Assembly: GCA_964016885.1 (NCBI GenBank)
Contig: OZ024760.1
Span: 31,248,001 to 31,312,000 of the forward strand
DNA: 64,000 bases
From: Eledone cirrhosa
Lineage: Eukaryota
Direction of reading: 5' to 3'
Under the pieces are notes generated by a model, which saw only the letters and a program-made list of their open reading frames with translations, was not told where the DNA came from and did not search any database. Positions 13,690-27,749 of this stretch are shown one piece after another; positions within the stretch are counted from its first letter, which is position 1, and every line of letters starts with the position of its first letter. Both the position numbers and the translations under genes were made by a program.

Positions 13690-14030
13690 GGAGGCACATG
13701 GCTTAGTGGTTAGAGCATTGGCCTTGCAATCGAAAGGTTGTGAGTTCAGTTCTCAGACCGGGTGATGTGTTGTTTCCTTGAGCAAGACACTTTATTTCAC
13801 ATTGCTCCAGTTTACTCAGCTCTAGAATGAGATGATAGGGACTTGGGCCCCTATCATTCCACTGTAAAGTGGTCGTGGAGATGCCACGGCAAAAAAGCAC
13901 CCAGCACTCACAGTAAATGAGGTTGGTGTTAGGAAGGGCATCCAGCTGTAGAAATCAAGTCAGAATCAGTTCCCGTCCCACCCTTGCAAGCAGGGAAAAG
14001 TGGGCGTAAAATGAAATGAAATGATGAATG
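13690..14030 (+). mobile_element. tRNA-derived SINE with CORE-like centre and RTE-derived 3' tail
   Basis: A box tggcttagtgg, B box-like gagttcagttc, ccttgagcaagacactt, tail cccacccttgcaagcagggaaaag shared with the RTE at 22776-22810. Confidence 0.85.
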
Positions 14031-15244
14031 ATGATATATTTGTATATGTAAATGTTAAATGTGTGTATATATATATATTTGTATATATATATTTGTATAT
14101 GTATATGTGTGTATATATATATTTGTATATGTATATATGTATATATGTATATGTGTGTATATATATATATTTGTATATATATATGTATATGTATGTGTGT
14201 ATATATATGTACATGCCATCACCACCCCACTTGGACACAACATACCTTGACACACACACACACACACACACCACCTTTCTACATACACATACATGCCCTG
14301 TGTCGCCCCATACCACACCACACCATACCTCAAACCTGTTCATTTCAAAATCAATAAAAAAGAATCAATCAATACCTAGAATCTGTTTGGTTTGTTTTCG
14401 TGTTTTTTTTCCCCCAATTTTAAAATATTTTTCTTTCTTTTTTATTTTGTGTGATTAATTTTCTGATTTTGTTGTTTGTTTTTGTTTTTTCCCTCTCTTC
14501 CCTTTTTTCAACATATAACAAAGACTATGACACAGAGTTAAGTTTGGTATATTTTACTGGTTATCTACCATAGCTGTGGTCTTTTTTCTGTACTCAGTGT
14601 ACTCTTTACTTGTGTGTTGGTCACCGGTCATCAGACAAATGCAAGCAGTTCGGCCACAAGCTTGCTTAATGGTCTCGACATTTTTTTTTAATGTTTAATG
14701 ATTGATATCCTGTACCACATGAAACTACATTAGCAAAAGACTAGCCTTGAAAACTGAAAATATACAAAACATCACTATGACTGCGTCACATTAACAAAAA
14801 ATGAAGACTTTACTTTAATACTAACACTGCAAATTTTCACAGCAATCTGTCCCCTAGTAAAGATACTACAAACATTTGAAGATATTTTCTGCTAAACCAT
14901 TACAAGAAGTTTTGGAGATAAAACCCGGCCTAATATAATATTTCTATGATAAAGTAAGGCACAACATTTTTACAACTTAGAAAGAGTGAAAATAAAAAAA
15001 AAAAATGAAAAATAAAAACCACCCACAAAATTATAAAAGATAACATTTAAAATTTACAAAAAAAAAACAAAAAAAAAAACTAAAGTTATAAATGGATGAA
15101 AAAAGATGTTTTAACTGGAATTATATTTTACCAAACTAGGAGAATACCAGAGAAGTTGTTCATTTGCAATTCTATAGAAAAATAAGAAAATTTACTATAG
15201 ACACATATACACATACAGACATAACATACCACATATATACACAC

Positions 15245-15309
<65 letters not shown>

Positions 15310-15480
15310 CATACACACATACACACACACATATATATATAGATATATATACACACACACATATATATATATACACACTCATATATATACATATATATAT
15401 ATATATATGTACACACACATCCCCACCCTCTCCTACCACTTGTAGAGACCTATAAATACCATATTTATTTTTTGATACCC

Positions 15481-15531
15481 AGATTCCTGATGATTTCTAA
15501 TGAATGAAACAGTTCTAGTCCTGTAGAATCT
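15481..15531 (+). ncRNA. Type I hammerhead ribozyme motif (family B)
   Basis: agattc-CTGATGA-t ttc taat gaa t-GAAA-cag ttctagtc ctg-TA-gaatct; 6-bp stem I differs from the 27377 copy yet stays paired. Confidence 0.75.
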
Positions 15532-15543
15532 CATATATATTAA

Positions 15544-15588
<45 letters not shown>

Positions 15589-15749
15589 TATACACACATA
15601 TATATATATATATAAATACACAACAGGGCCAACTGGGAAAATCTGATGTCCAGTCCTCTAAAGGGACCTTTCTGACTCCCTTTTAATACAGGGTGTATAT
15701 AAGGAGGGTGTATATTTTGTATAGAGTGTGTATATAGAATACAAGAGAT

Positions 15750-15792
15750 ATGTCATCATCTGATGACTCTGATAATGACAGACCCAGCATTG
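15750..15792 (+). CDS. qtc: qtc-like coding exon 1 (MSSSDDSDNDRPSI, phase 1)
   Basis: AG at 15737, ATG at 15750, donor G/gtaaat; phase matches the next exon. Confidence 0.55.
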
Positions 15793-15899
15793 GTAAATAT
15801 ATTAAATCTCTTCCTTTCTTTTTCTCATTCTATCTGTCTGTCTGTCTGTATGTCTGTCTATCTGTCTGTATGTCTGTCTATCTGCCTGTCTGTCTATAT

Positions 15900-16745
15900 A
15901 TCAGTGGAGACTCCACTTCGACATTCTATAGAGGGTTGGTCCGCAGCAAGTGCGACGATGCGCTCGGAGAATCTCTGGCCATAGAGGAGGACGAACTGGC
16001 CAGTCTGTTCGGTAGGACGTTCTGCCCGGGACCGATTGACAAATTCCAAAAGTCCCTGGCAGTGCTACCGAGGAGCTCTACCAGTTCGAGACAAGCTCTA
16101 CTGACACGGGCACCCGGGCATGACGAGGAAACCGTCGTGCACGCATTTGTACACTGCCCGGGCGTTACCGACCTGTGGGGTTATGTAGAACGACTATTGT
16201 CGCGGGTTGGACCAATCCAGTTGACCACCGAGTCCATTGTCATGATCACCCTCCTTCAAAAACGAGGGAGAGGCGGTTTTCCTATGTGTTATGGCTATGG
16301 TGAAAGAGGTTATATGGTGGACAAGGTTAAAAGGGCTGAGGTCAGACACCTTTCTCTCCGGCGAGCAACTGATTCGTTTTTTCAAATATCATTTTGGAAG
16401 AAGAATCAGGATGGAGAGAGAGGTGCTGTACCCCAGCAAATTTTATAAAAGGTGGTTGAATGTGGCAAAGATGGCCCGAGTGGTTGGGCCTTCTCTCTAT
16501 ATAAGCCTGTAGGTTGAGGAAAAAGAGGAAGAGAGGAAGGGAGTACTCACTCTTGGTGCTACTGGAGATGAGGGTTGTACATTTTTTCGGGGTGTGTACA
16601 ACCCCTGTGTAATGCCTCCCCCCTATTGGGGATTTCAATTGTTATTTGTTATTTTATTAATAGTTTTATTTTCATATACCTGTATGTAAACTCCCCATTT
16701 GTATTTGTCCCCTTCTTTAGTGCCCTTGTGGCTAATAAAGAAATT
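15900..16745 (+). mobile_element. Tx1/L1-like LINE 3' fragment (degenerate)
   Basis: Homologous to 5290-6090; flanked by (TCTG/TCTA)n on both sides. Confidence 0.75.
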
Positions 16746-18048
16746 TATCTATCTGTCTGTCTATCTGTCCGTTTGTCTATCTTTCTATCTGTCTATCTGT
16801 CTATCTGTCTGTTTATCTATCTGTCTGTCTCTGTCTGTCTATATATCTGTCTGTCTGTTTATCTGTCTGTCTGTTTATCTGTCTGTCTGTCTCTGTCTGT
16901 CTATATATCCGTCTGTCTGTTTATCTGTCTGTCTATATATCTGTCTGTCTATCTGTCTGTCTGTCTGTTTATCTGTCTGCCTGTCTGTTTTTCTGTCTTT
17001 CTATCTGTCTATCTGTTTATCTGTCTGTTTATCTGTCTGTCTAATATCTGTCTGTCTGTTTATCTGTCTGTCTGTTTATCTGTCTGTCTGTTTATCTGTC
17101 TGTCTATATATCTGTCTGTCTGTTTATCTGTCTGTCTGTTTATCTGTCTGTCTGTTTATCTGTCTGTTTATATATCTGTCTGTCTGTTTATCTGTCTGTT
17201 TATCTGTCTGTCTGTTTATCTGTCTGTCTGTTTATCTGTCTGTTTATTTGTCTGTCTATATATCTGTCTGTCTATATATCTGTCTGTCTGTTTATTTGTC
17301 TGTCTGTTTATCTGTCTGTCTGTTTATCTGTCTGTCTGTTTATCTGTCTGTTTATATATCTGTCTGTCTGTTTATCTTTCTGTTTATCTGTCTGTCTGTT
17401 TATCTGTCTGTCTGTTTATCTGTCTGTTTATTTGTCTGTCTATATATCTGTCTGTCTATATATCTGTCTGTCTGTTTATTTGTCTGTCTGTTTATCTGTC
17501 TGTCTGTTTATCTGTCTGTCTGTTTATCTGTCTGTTTATTTGTCTGTCTATATATCTGTCTGTCTATATATCTGTCTGTCTGTTTATTTGTCTGTCTGTT
17601 TATCTGTCTGTCTGTTTATCTGTCTGTCTGTTTATCTGTCTGTTTATATATCTGTCTGTCTGTTTATCTGTCTGTCTGTTTATCTGTCTGTTTATATATC
17701 TGTCTGTCTGTTTATCTGTCTGTTTATCTGTCTGTCTGTTTATCTGTCTGTCTGTTTATCTGTCTGTTTATTTGTCTGTTTATTTGTCTGTCTATATATC
17801 TGTCTGTCTATATATCTCTCTGTCTATATATCTCTCTGTCTGTTTATCTGTCTGTCTGTTTATCTGTCTGTCTGTTTATCTGTCTGTCTGTTTATCTGTC
17901 TGTCTGTTTATCTGTCTGTCTATATATCTGTCTGTCAGTCTATCAACCTGTCTGTCTATCTGTCAGTCTATCTGTCAGTCTGTCTGTCTGTTTGTCTATC
18001 TATCTATCTGTCTGTCTGTCTGTCTGTTTGTCTATCTGTCTATTTGTC
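16746..18048. repeat. Compound tetranucleotide array (TCTG/TCTA/TTTA)n
   Basis: Direct reading. Confidence 0.95.
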
Positions 18049-18540
18049 TTGCCCAGGGGTGACCGACATGTGGCATTATGTCGAACAGCTACTGTCATGT
18101 ATGGGATAAATCCAGTTGTCAGCCGAGTCTATTGTGAAGATCACCCCGCCACCTTCATTTAAGAACGAAGGAGAAGCGGTTTTCCTCTGTCTGGTGGCTA
18201 TGGCAAAAGAAGTAATATGGTGGACGAGGTTAAAAGGACTGAGGGCAAACATCTTTCTCTCTGGACAACAACTCATCCCCTTCTTTAAGTATCACTTCAG
18301 AAGGAAGTTGAAAGTGGAGAGAGAGGTGCTACACCCCAGTAAATTCGTTGAAAGGTGGGTGAATGTGGCAAAAATGGCCCGAGTGAATGGGCCTTCTCTG
18401 TATATAAACCTGTAGGTAAGACAGGAACACCTACACAACCTGTTCCTGGTGTTGAGTGTTGTTCTATCCACGGGGTGTAAAACAACCCTGCAGTAACGTT
18501 CCCCCCCTACTGGGGATTTCAATTGTTATTTTATTTTATT
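18049..18540 (+). mobile_element. Tx1/L1-like LINE 3' fragment
   Basis: SAESIVKITPPPSFKNEGEAVFLCL..GPSLYINL is nearly identical to the 5151..5954 ORF. Confidence 0.8.
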
Positions 18541-18564
18541 TCAGCCAACTCTTGTAAAATATAA

Positions 18565-18742
18565 TATAATTGTTTCTACTTTTGACACGAGGCCAGCAAT
18601 TACCCCAGTGCATTACTGGTGCTTAATTTTATCGATCCCGTAAGGATGAAAGGCAAAGTTAACTTTGGCAGGATTTGAACTCAGATCATAAAGGGCCGCA
18701 ACTCTATGCTGCAAAGCATGGCGTCTGACCCTCTACCGATAC
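18565..18742 (-). mobile_element. Second SINE family; also at 34055-34230 +, 36905-37076 +, 57795-57980 -, 59515-59680 +
   Basis: Shared gagttcaaatccc B box, gcctttcatccttacggggtcgataaaat core and gctggccttgtgccaaaagtagaaac end. Confidence 0.8.
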
Positions 18743-18789
18743 TTGTGTAGTAACCTTTTAATTTTCGTTTTTCTTTTTTCATTCTCCAG

Positions 18790-19579
18790 AAAGTCGAGTG
18801 AGGTATATTATGGAAGATGTGATACCACGAGAAGGAGATGTCGATATAATGAGATTGGCTGAAGAGACTGTCTTGAATGACAGGCGCAAGTCTTATCCAA
18901 AAACAGAATCTGTCAACACTGCAAACAAAATGAAAAACCTCACGAGTTCTCCTCATCAGCTTCGGAGGCAATGTTCCTCCTCCTCTGACAGCGCGACCCC
19001 TGGAAGACGCAACAAAAAGGAGATCCCAGATTTATGTGAGTCGTTACCACCAGCGTCACGACAGCCATCGACATCACCATCGTCACCGCCACCAACATCA
19101 CCACCAACATCAACATCACCTCAATCATCATCATCACCACCACCACTAACAACAATGCCATCTCAGTCTCCCCCACCACTGGCACCGGTAGACGAGGAAG
19201 AAAACCTGACATCAGTATCAACCCAATCTAATCAGTCGGAGACAACAGCTACAAACCATTCAACGTCGAGCATTGCCGACAGCTTAGACTCTGTTTGTCA
19301 GTCTGCGAGCTGTTGTAAGACTGAGCATGAGTCGACTACTGCAGCCACAGCTACTGCAGCAGCTCAGAAGACTGAGAAGCCATCATCAAAGACTTGCCTG
19401 AGAAACCCTTCATTGAGGAAAAGCTTGTCAACACAATGTTCCCTAAAGACACACTGCAAAACATCAAAATCTTTGCAGAGGAACCAAACTATGGATTCTT
19501 GTTTAAGTTCTAGCGACTGTCTCAACATAGCTAACGTCGTCTCACCAATGCCAAAATACAACATCTCTAGCAGGAAAAG
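18790..19579 (+). CDS. qtc: qtc-like coding exon 2 (Ser/Pro/Thr-rich)
   Basis: Long pyrimidine tract plus cag acceptor; open frame; donor AAG/gtaagg, phase 2, matches exon 3. Confidence 0.75.
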
Positions 19580-19623
19580 GTAAGGAAGTGGGGGGGGGGG
19601 ATGAGAGAGGAGGAGGAAGGGAA

Positions 19624-19703
19624 GACTACTACTGCTGCTACTGCTACTACTGCTGCGGCTACTACTACTACTACTGCTACTATTACTACTACTGTTGCTG
19701 CTG

Positions 19704-19735
<32 letters not shown>

Positions 19736-19847
19736 GCTACTAATACTGCAACTACTACTACTACTGCTACTATTATTACTACTACTACTACTACTGCTAC
19801 TGCTACTACTACTACTACTGCTATTACTACTACTGTTGCTGCTGCTG

Positions 19848-19891
<44 letters not shown>

Positions 19892-19915
19892 GCTACTACT
19901 GCTACTAATACTGCA

Positions 19916-19948
<33 letters not shown>

Positions 19949-20078
19949 GCTACTATTACTACTACTACTACTACTGTTGCTACTACTACTACTACTGCTA
20001 CTACTACTACTACTACTACTGCTACTATTACTACTACTACTACTACTGTTGCTACTACTACTACTACTGCTACTACTA

Positions 20079-20113
<35 letters not shown>

Positions 20114-20174
20114 ACTACTACTACTGCTGCTGCTGCTACTACTACTACTACTACTACTACTACTGCTGCTACTG

Positions 20175-20208
<34 letters not shown>

Positions 20209-20242
20209 CACTACTACTACTACCACTACTACTGCAACAACA

Positions 20243-20292
<50 letters not shown>

Positions 20293-20365
20293 CACCACCA
20301 CCACCACCACCACCACCACCACCACCACCACTACTACTACTACTACTACCACTACCACCACCACC

Positions 20366-20417
<52 letters not shown>

Positions 20418-20444
20418 GTACTACTACTACTACTGCTGCTGCTG

Positions 20445-20478
<34 letters not shown>

Positions 20479-20584
20479 AACAACAACAACAATAACAACT
20501 ACTACTACTACTGCTACTACCACTACTACCACTACTACCACCACCACCACCACCACCACCACCACCACCACCACCACCACCACC

Positions 20585-20621
<37 letters not shown>

Positions 20622-20648
20622 GTACTACTACTACTACTGCTGCTGCTG

Positions 20649-20696
<48 letters not shown>

Positions 20697-20785
20697 TTAC
20701 TACTACTACTACTTCAACAACAACAACAACTACTACTACTACTGCTACTACCACTACTACCACTACTACCACCACCACCACCACC

Positions 20786-20859
<74 letters not shown>

Positions 20860-20930
20860 GGCTACTACTACTACTATTACCACCACCACCACCACCACCA
20901 CCACCACCACCACCACTACTACTACTACTA
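19624..20930. repeat. (ACT/ACC/GCT)n trinucleotide array in qtc intron 2
   Basis: Direct reading; lies after the exon 2 donor. Confidence 0.95.
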
Positions 20931-21010
20931 CATATATCCCACACAGCCACCAACATTATCATTACTACCAATATTAATTATGTAGTGTATATATATACAC
21001 ACTATATATA

Positions 21011-21471
21011 TCATCATCATCATCATCATTTTACGTCCGCTCTTCCCTGCTTGCAAGGGTTGGACGGGTCTTATTCAGCACAGCATCTCTCCACTTGTCA
21101 TGGTCCGTCATCATCTCCACCGTGAGCTTCAGCGATCTGAGGTCTGTTCTCACCACCTCTGCCCATGTTTTTCGTGGTCTACCTCTACCACGTCTTCCTT
21201 CAACTGGTATTTCCTGGCACTTCTTCACCCATCGGTCATCCTCCATGCACATCACATGTCCATACCACCGCAGTCTCCTCTCCCATACACTACATTTTAT
21301 CCCTCTCACAGTTTCTCTCTCAACACATTCACGCTGGGTCGTTCACGCACATTGACACTGCACATCCAACGGAGCATGCTTGCCTCATTTCTCTCCAGCC
21401 GTCGCATATCTTCTGCAGTTGCTGCCCATGTCTCACTAACATGCAGCATCACACTCCTCACACAGGCATCA
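21011..21471 (-). mobile_element. 5'-truncated RTE LINE with (GAT)n tail
   Basis: [28 protein letters not shown]. Confidence 0.88.
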
Positions 21472-21495
21472 TATATCATATATCATATATATATA

Positions 21496-21529
<34 letters not shown>

Positions 21530-21531
<2 letters not shown>

Positions 21532-22200
21532 GGTGTTGGATGCTTAAAGCGTCTGTATGCGGTAGGCTGTTTGAGCACTCGATGCCCTCCTAGAGCAGAG
21601 TATGATATCACAGAAAAAAAGAGAATCAGTGTTGCGATGAATGGAATTTATTGGACATAGTACAATCGTTTCTCTGGTGACCAGCTCGAGGCACGATGGA
21701 TTTGATGATCGAACCGGACTCTGAAAATCGCAAGGTCCTCAGATACGTCTTGAGTCTATGAAGCAGATTTTCCTATGTCCTTTTACATCGATATACTTCG
21801 CTTGTCGGCTTAGATTCTGTTGTTGTCATTCTATGAGTGGTCAAGAATTGTACACACATCGATATTTCTAGCCACTCATGGTTGTCCACTATTTGGTTCT
21901 TTTCATTCTTCAACTGTCAATCAAATTTGTTTCTTAGGTCGGAATTACTACTGGTAAGGGGTTGTATGCTTGAACTGATGGCAGCACTTTGACCTCGTCA
22001 CTGTCTTTAGGCGCCCTCTTCTACACCGATCACGTACACAGCCACAACTGTATTGTATGCGACGATCACCGTAAATAATATTTGGAGGGAATTTTAAAAT
22101 CATATTAGAAAAATATTTAGCATAACGTTTCAGGGAGACAGCCTCAGAATACCGTAAAACATATTTCAAAAGGAAAAAGAAAAAACTGTACAAAGAACGT
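21530..22200 (-). mobile_element. Possible very degenerate LINE RT fragment
   Basis: Higher-complexity block with IIYGD resembling a decayed YADD context; frames broken. Confidence 0.25.
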
Positions 22201-22261
22201 TTTCAAATGAATGTTTGAAACAGTCTTTCAAAAAAAGTTATTTCGAAGGTATTTTTGGTAA

Positions 22262-22740
22262 ATATACACATATCTACACTCACACCCTGTACTCAGGGTA
22301 GTGTGTACAGTTGATATACACATATCTACACTCACACCCTGTACTCAGGGTAGTGTGTACAGTTGATATACACATATCTACACTCACACCCTGTACTCAG
22401 GGTAGTGTGTACAGTTGATATACACATATCTACACTCACACCCTGTACTCAGGGTAGTGTGTACAGTTGATATACACATATCTACACTCACACCCTGTAC
22501 TCAGGGAAGTGTGTACAGTTGATATATACATATCTACACTCACACCCTGTACTCAGGGTAGTGTGTACAGTTGATATACACATATCTACACTCACACCCT
22601 GTACTCAGGGTAGTGTGTACAGTTGATATACACATATCTACACTCACACCCTGTACTCAGGGTAGTGTGTACAGTTGATATACACATATCTACACTCACA
22701 CCCTGTACTCAGGGAAGTGTGTACAGTTGATATACACATA
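22262..22740. repeat. 52-bp tandem repeat, about 9 copies
   Basis: Unit atatacacatatctacactcacaccctgtactcagggtagtgtgtacagttg. Confidence 0.95.
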
Positions 22741-22751
22741 TATATATATAT

Positions 22752-23985
22752 ATCATCATCATCATCATCATCATTTTACGTCCGCTTTTCCCTGCTTGCA
22801 AGGGTGGGACGGGTCTTATTCAGCACAGCATCTCTCCACTCGTCACGGTCCTTCGTCATCTCCACAGTGAGCTTCAGTGATCTGAGGTCTGTTCTCACCA
22901 CCTCCGCCCATGTTTTTCGTGGTCTACCTCTACCACGTCTTCCTTCAACTGGCATTTCCTGGTACTTCTTCACCCATCGGTCATCCTCCATGCACATCAC
23001 ATGTCCATACCACCTCAGTCTCCACTCCCGTACACTACATTCTATCCCTCTCAGACACAGTTTCTCTCTCAACACATTCATGCTGGGTCGTTCACGCATG
23101 TTTACACTGCACATCCAACGGAGCATGCTTGCCTCATTTCTCTCCAGCCGTCGCATATTCTCTGCAGTTGCTGCCCATGTCTCACTACCATGCAGCATCG
23201 TGCTCCTCACACAGGCATCATACAACCGGCCTTTCGTCTGCAGGGAGAAACCCTTCTTCGTCAGCAGAGGAAGCAGCTCCCTAAACTTCTTCCAACCCGT
23301 CCTTATTCTAGATACTATGGCCTCGGAATACACTCCTCCCATGCTAATCTGATCTCTTAGGTACCGGAAGCTATTCACCACTTCTATAGCGCCCTCCTGC
23401 ATTTGAAAAATGTGTCTATCAATGCGACTTCTACTGACTAATTTCCCTGAACATCTACTGCATACATATTTCTCCCTCCCTGTTAGTTTGCCTGCTATCC
23501 CACTACATCTCTTGTGTACCCAGGATCTGCATTGTGTGCATTTTATAGAATTTATGCCAGTTCCTTTTCTGCATATCGAACATGGCTATTTCCCTGACGG
23601 AATCAGAGTTTTGTCGTCTTTTCTACTCATCAACACTTTTGTCTTAGCTAGGTTCACTCTCAGTCCTCTTGATTCCAACTGCAGTTTCCATAGCCAGAAT
23701 TTATTCTCTAGCTCCTCTACTGATTCTTCTATAAGAAGCAGATCGTCAGCATAGAGAAGTTCCCATGGACAGCCAGTCTTAAACTCCTCTGTTATGGCTT
23801 GGAGGACTATAATGAACAAGAGCAGGCAGAGGACCGAACCTTGATGTACTCCTACTTGTATCTGGAATTCCTCACTAAACTCCATTCCTATCCTGACTTT
23901 ACTGACATTACCTATGTACAAAGTTTGCACTGTCCTCACAAGCCATTCCTCCACACCTAGTTTCCTTAGGGACCACCAGATCACT
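22752..23985 (-). mobile_element. RTE LINE, 1.2 kb 3' part including the RT core
   Basis: GVHQGSVL..ELLYADDL..GLRVNLAKT, PHD-like finger, C-terminus and (GAT)n tail; internal stops. Confidence 0.92.
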
Positions 23986-24130
<145 letters not shown>

Positions 24131-24271
24131 TGTTATACTTTGGGAGGGTCATGTTGCCAATAAGAAACACACGCACCAGTTGCTTTCACTTCAATTTATT
24201 ATAATAAATTTATAAATTTATAAATTTCTGGTTGGTTGGTTGGTTCCACAACCAGATAGTTGTTTATATAT

Positions 24272-24316
24272 AGTCATAGTTCTTTCGTCACACACTCTGT
24301 GACCTCTTCAGTGACT
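24272..24316 (-). ncRNA. Minimal hammerhead ribozyme in the PLE 3' region (intact core)
   Basis: agtca-CTGAAGA-g-gtcac agagtgt gtgac-GAAA-gaa-CTA-tgact. Confidence 0.7.
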
Positions 24317-26696
24317 GGGGATTCCTTTCTTTGTTTCTGTGCCGCTCCTTTGTTCTGTCCTACGCCATTTTGTTTCTGTGTGTGTGTTGTGTGCTCAGTC
24401 TGCGCATGCGCCACATCCGGGTGTCTGTGTGTGTTTATGTTCATTTATTTATTTGTTTATTTACATGTTACTGGTTGGTTGTTTGTTCTATGTGTGTGTG
24501 TGTTTTCATTTTGTCCTTAATTGTAAGTTGTGATGTTGCTGTTCCACTCATATTTTCTATTTAATTTTGGTTGTAATTCTTTTATGTTTATTGCCTCTGT
24601 AATTTGTCTAAACATTGCGTCTTTTCTGTGTGTAGATTCTATTTTTATTTCTATGTTCTCTAATTTACCCTTGTGTTCTATTTTAGCATGTTGGTAGAGT
24701 ACAGATGATTCTTTATTATCTTGAAGGTCTCGCCAGTGTTCATTTATCCGTTCCCCTACACTACGAGCTGTCTCACCTATGTGCACTATATTTTTGTCTC
24801 TACATTGTCCTTCAGTACATCTTATGCTATACACTACATTTCTAGTTTTACAGTTAATATGGGGGCTTATTTTACAGGTTATACATTTCTTATCTATACA
24901 TGAGGGTCTTTGAAAAGGGTATGTCTTGCTAATAAGTGTTTTTACGGAGGTACCTGGTCTTTCTACTATCTTAATATTGAGTTTATGTTTATTTAGGGCC
25001 CTTCTAAATTTGTAAGCTAATTCACCTCTAGGGGTTGTATCGATGAACATTACACTCTGGTATTTATTGCTATCATACCATGAGTTTATTCTATTAGCCT
25101 TGTTCCTAGTTCTTTCTATTCTATTCCAAAATTTGCTCCTATACAAGGGGCAGGTCCCATTTATGTCATTATTTACCATTTTTTCCCATTTGGTTCTGGC
25201 TCCTCTATACACTCTGATTTTATCTCTCTGATTGTAGCCAGAGAACTGCATACGGTGGATGGAGTGTTGTATATGTCTCTCTAGTTCTTCAGGGTTGCAC
25301 ATGCGGGACACATTTCTCATCACCCGTACCAAATCCGCAATCAGTAAGTTGATTTTGGTATGGTCCGAAACGGCTGAGTTTCGGTGGATCAGATGTTTGG
25401 AAGTCATGGGTTTGGCATAATGGGAATGGAGGATTTGTTTTTTGTTGTTAATGCAGATAGCAAACTCCATCCACCAGAGCATTAGAGTTACTATAGACTA
25501 CCCAAGTAAACACCCCAACCATCGATTACCTGTACTAGACACAGAGCTCTGGTTAGATACCATTAACAACAAAAAACAAATCCTCCATTCCCATTATGCC
25601 AAACCCATGACTTCCAAACATCTGATCCACCGAAACTCGGCCGTTTCGGACCATACCAAAATCAACATACTGATTGCGGATTTGGTACGAGTGATGAGAA
25701 ATGTGTCCCGCATGTGCAACCCCGAAGAACTAGAGAGACACATACAACACTTCATCCACCGTATGCAGTTCTCTGGCTACAATCAGAGAGATAAAATCAG
25801 TGTATAGAGGAGCCAGAACCAAATGGGAAAAAATGGTAAATAATGACATAAATGGGACCTGCCCCTTGTATAGGAGCAAATTTTGGAATAGAACAGAAAG
25901 AACTAGGAACAAGGCTAATAGAATAAACTCATGGTATGATAGCAATAAATACCAGAGTGTAATGTTCATCGATACAACCTCTAGAGGTGAATTAGCTTAC
26001 AAATTTAGAAGGGCCCTAAATAAACATAAACTCAATATTAAGATAGTAGAAAGACCAGGTACCTCCGTAAAAACACTTATTAGCAAGACATACCCTTTTC
26101 AAAGACCCTCATGTATAGATAAGAAATGTATAACCTGTAAAATAAGCCCCCATATTAACTGTAAAACTAGAAATGTAGTGTATAGCATAAGATGTACTGA
26201 AGGACAATGTAGAGACAAAAAATATAGTGCACATAGGTGAGACAGCTCGTAGTGTAGGGGAACGGATAAATGAACACTGGCGAGACCTTCAAGATAATAA
26301 AGAATCATCTGTACTCTACCAACATGCTAAAATAGAACACAAGGGTAAATTAGAGAACATAGGAATAAAAATAGAATCTACACACAGAAAAGACGCAATG
26401 TTTAGACAAATTACAGAGGCAATAAACATAAAAGAATTACAACCAAAATTAAATAGAAAATATGAGTGGAACAGCAACATCACAACTTACAATTAAGGAC
26501 AAAATGAAAACACACACACACATAGAACAAACAACCAACCAGTAACATGTAAATAAACAAATAAATAAATGAACATAAACACACACAGACACCCGGATGT
26601 GGCGCATGCGCAGACTGAGCACACAACACACACACAGAAACAAAATGGCGTAGGACAGAACAAAGGAGAGGCACAGAAACAAAGACAGGAATCCCC

Positions 26697-26741
26697 AGTC
26701 ACTGAAGAGGTCACAGAGTGTGTGACGAAGGAACTATGACT
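26697..26741 (+). ncRNA. Hammerhead copy with GAAA>GAAG core mutation
   Basis: Mirror of 24272-24316 except at 26730. Confidence 0.55.
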
Positions 26742-26949
26742 ATATATAAACAACTATCTGGTTGTGGAACCAACCAACCAACCAGAAATTTATAAATTTA
26801 TAAATTTATTATAAATTTATTATAATAAATTGAAGTGAAAGCAACTGGTGCGTGTGTTTCTTATTGGCAACATGACCCTCCCAAAGTATAACAATATCGG
26901 TTTCAACACACGATTTCAGATAAAGAATCTTGCTAAACAAATTCAGAAA

Positions 26950-26988
<39 letters not shown>

Positions 26989-27336
26989 GAGGTTATATTT
27001 AATTTGTTGGGATTCAACAAGCTTAACAATTTTATAACTGATATAAAGCACTCAACAGATAACTGGAGTAAATATATATATATATATATAATTATTTTGT
27101 GAGGTTTTTGAAATGAAATCATGTGGCGAAACAAATATTGTTATACTTGGGGAGGGTCATATTGTTGTAATAATATTGCCAGAAATAATAACAGAACACA
27201 CTCACTGTTTGGTTGGTTTTCGCTTGTGTATCTTTTATATCTCCACAGTTAATTCATTCGGTACTTTCAGTCGCTTCACGCCATGAAACCGAGATAAGCA
27301 CCGGCCAAATGAGCCTTCTGGCTTAAGACATACTTT

Positions 27337-27368
<32 letters not shown>

Positions 27369-27375
<7 letters not shown>

Positions 27376-27561
27376 GGAGCTTCTACAGGATTAGTACTGT
27401 TTCATTCAGATGAAATCTTCAGGAAGCTCTGAAGATTTCATCTGAATGAAACAGTACTAGTCCTGTAGAAGCTCCTTCTATAAAATAAAAAAAATTTTAC
27501 TCTGCCATGTATTGAGTACCTTACTTACTGTGGTTATCCCCGACTCAACCCGGGACCTACG
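27369..27561 (+). mobile_element. PLE-derived fold-back insertion (family B) with about 80-nt tail
   Basis: Arms 27369-27422 and 27429-27482; tail atgtattgagtaccttacttactgtggtta shared with 29021-29090. Confidence 0.75.
27377..27429 (-). ncRNA. Type I hammerhead ribozyme motif (family B, complete)
   Basis: gagcttc-CTGAAGA-t ttca tc tgaa t-GAAA-cag tactaatc ctg-TA-gaagctc; perfect 7-bp stem I. Confidence 0.8.
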
Positions 27562-27671
<110 letters not shown>

Positions 27672-27749
27672 TATACATATATATTCCCACTGCATTTTAA
27701 GTTACCTTAAATAGCAACTACACAGCCATTTCTATTCTCCAGATATATA

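Noticed and set aside
13690-13762. tRNA gene
   Set aside because: Cloverleaf stems are imperfect and it runs into SINE body; it is a SINE head
16575-18162. ORFs of about 490 aa rich in LSVCLS
   Set aside because: Stop-free tetranucleotide array between two LINE fragments
19567-20977. Poly-Thr mucin-like ORF
   Set aside because: Lies after the strong exon 2 donor; exon 2 joins 29315 in phase without it
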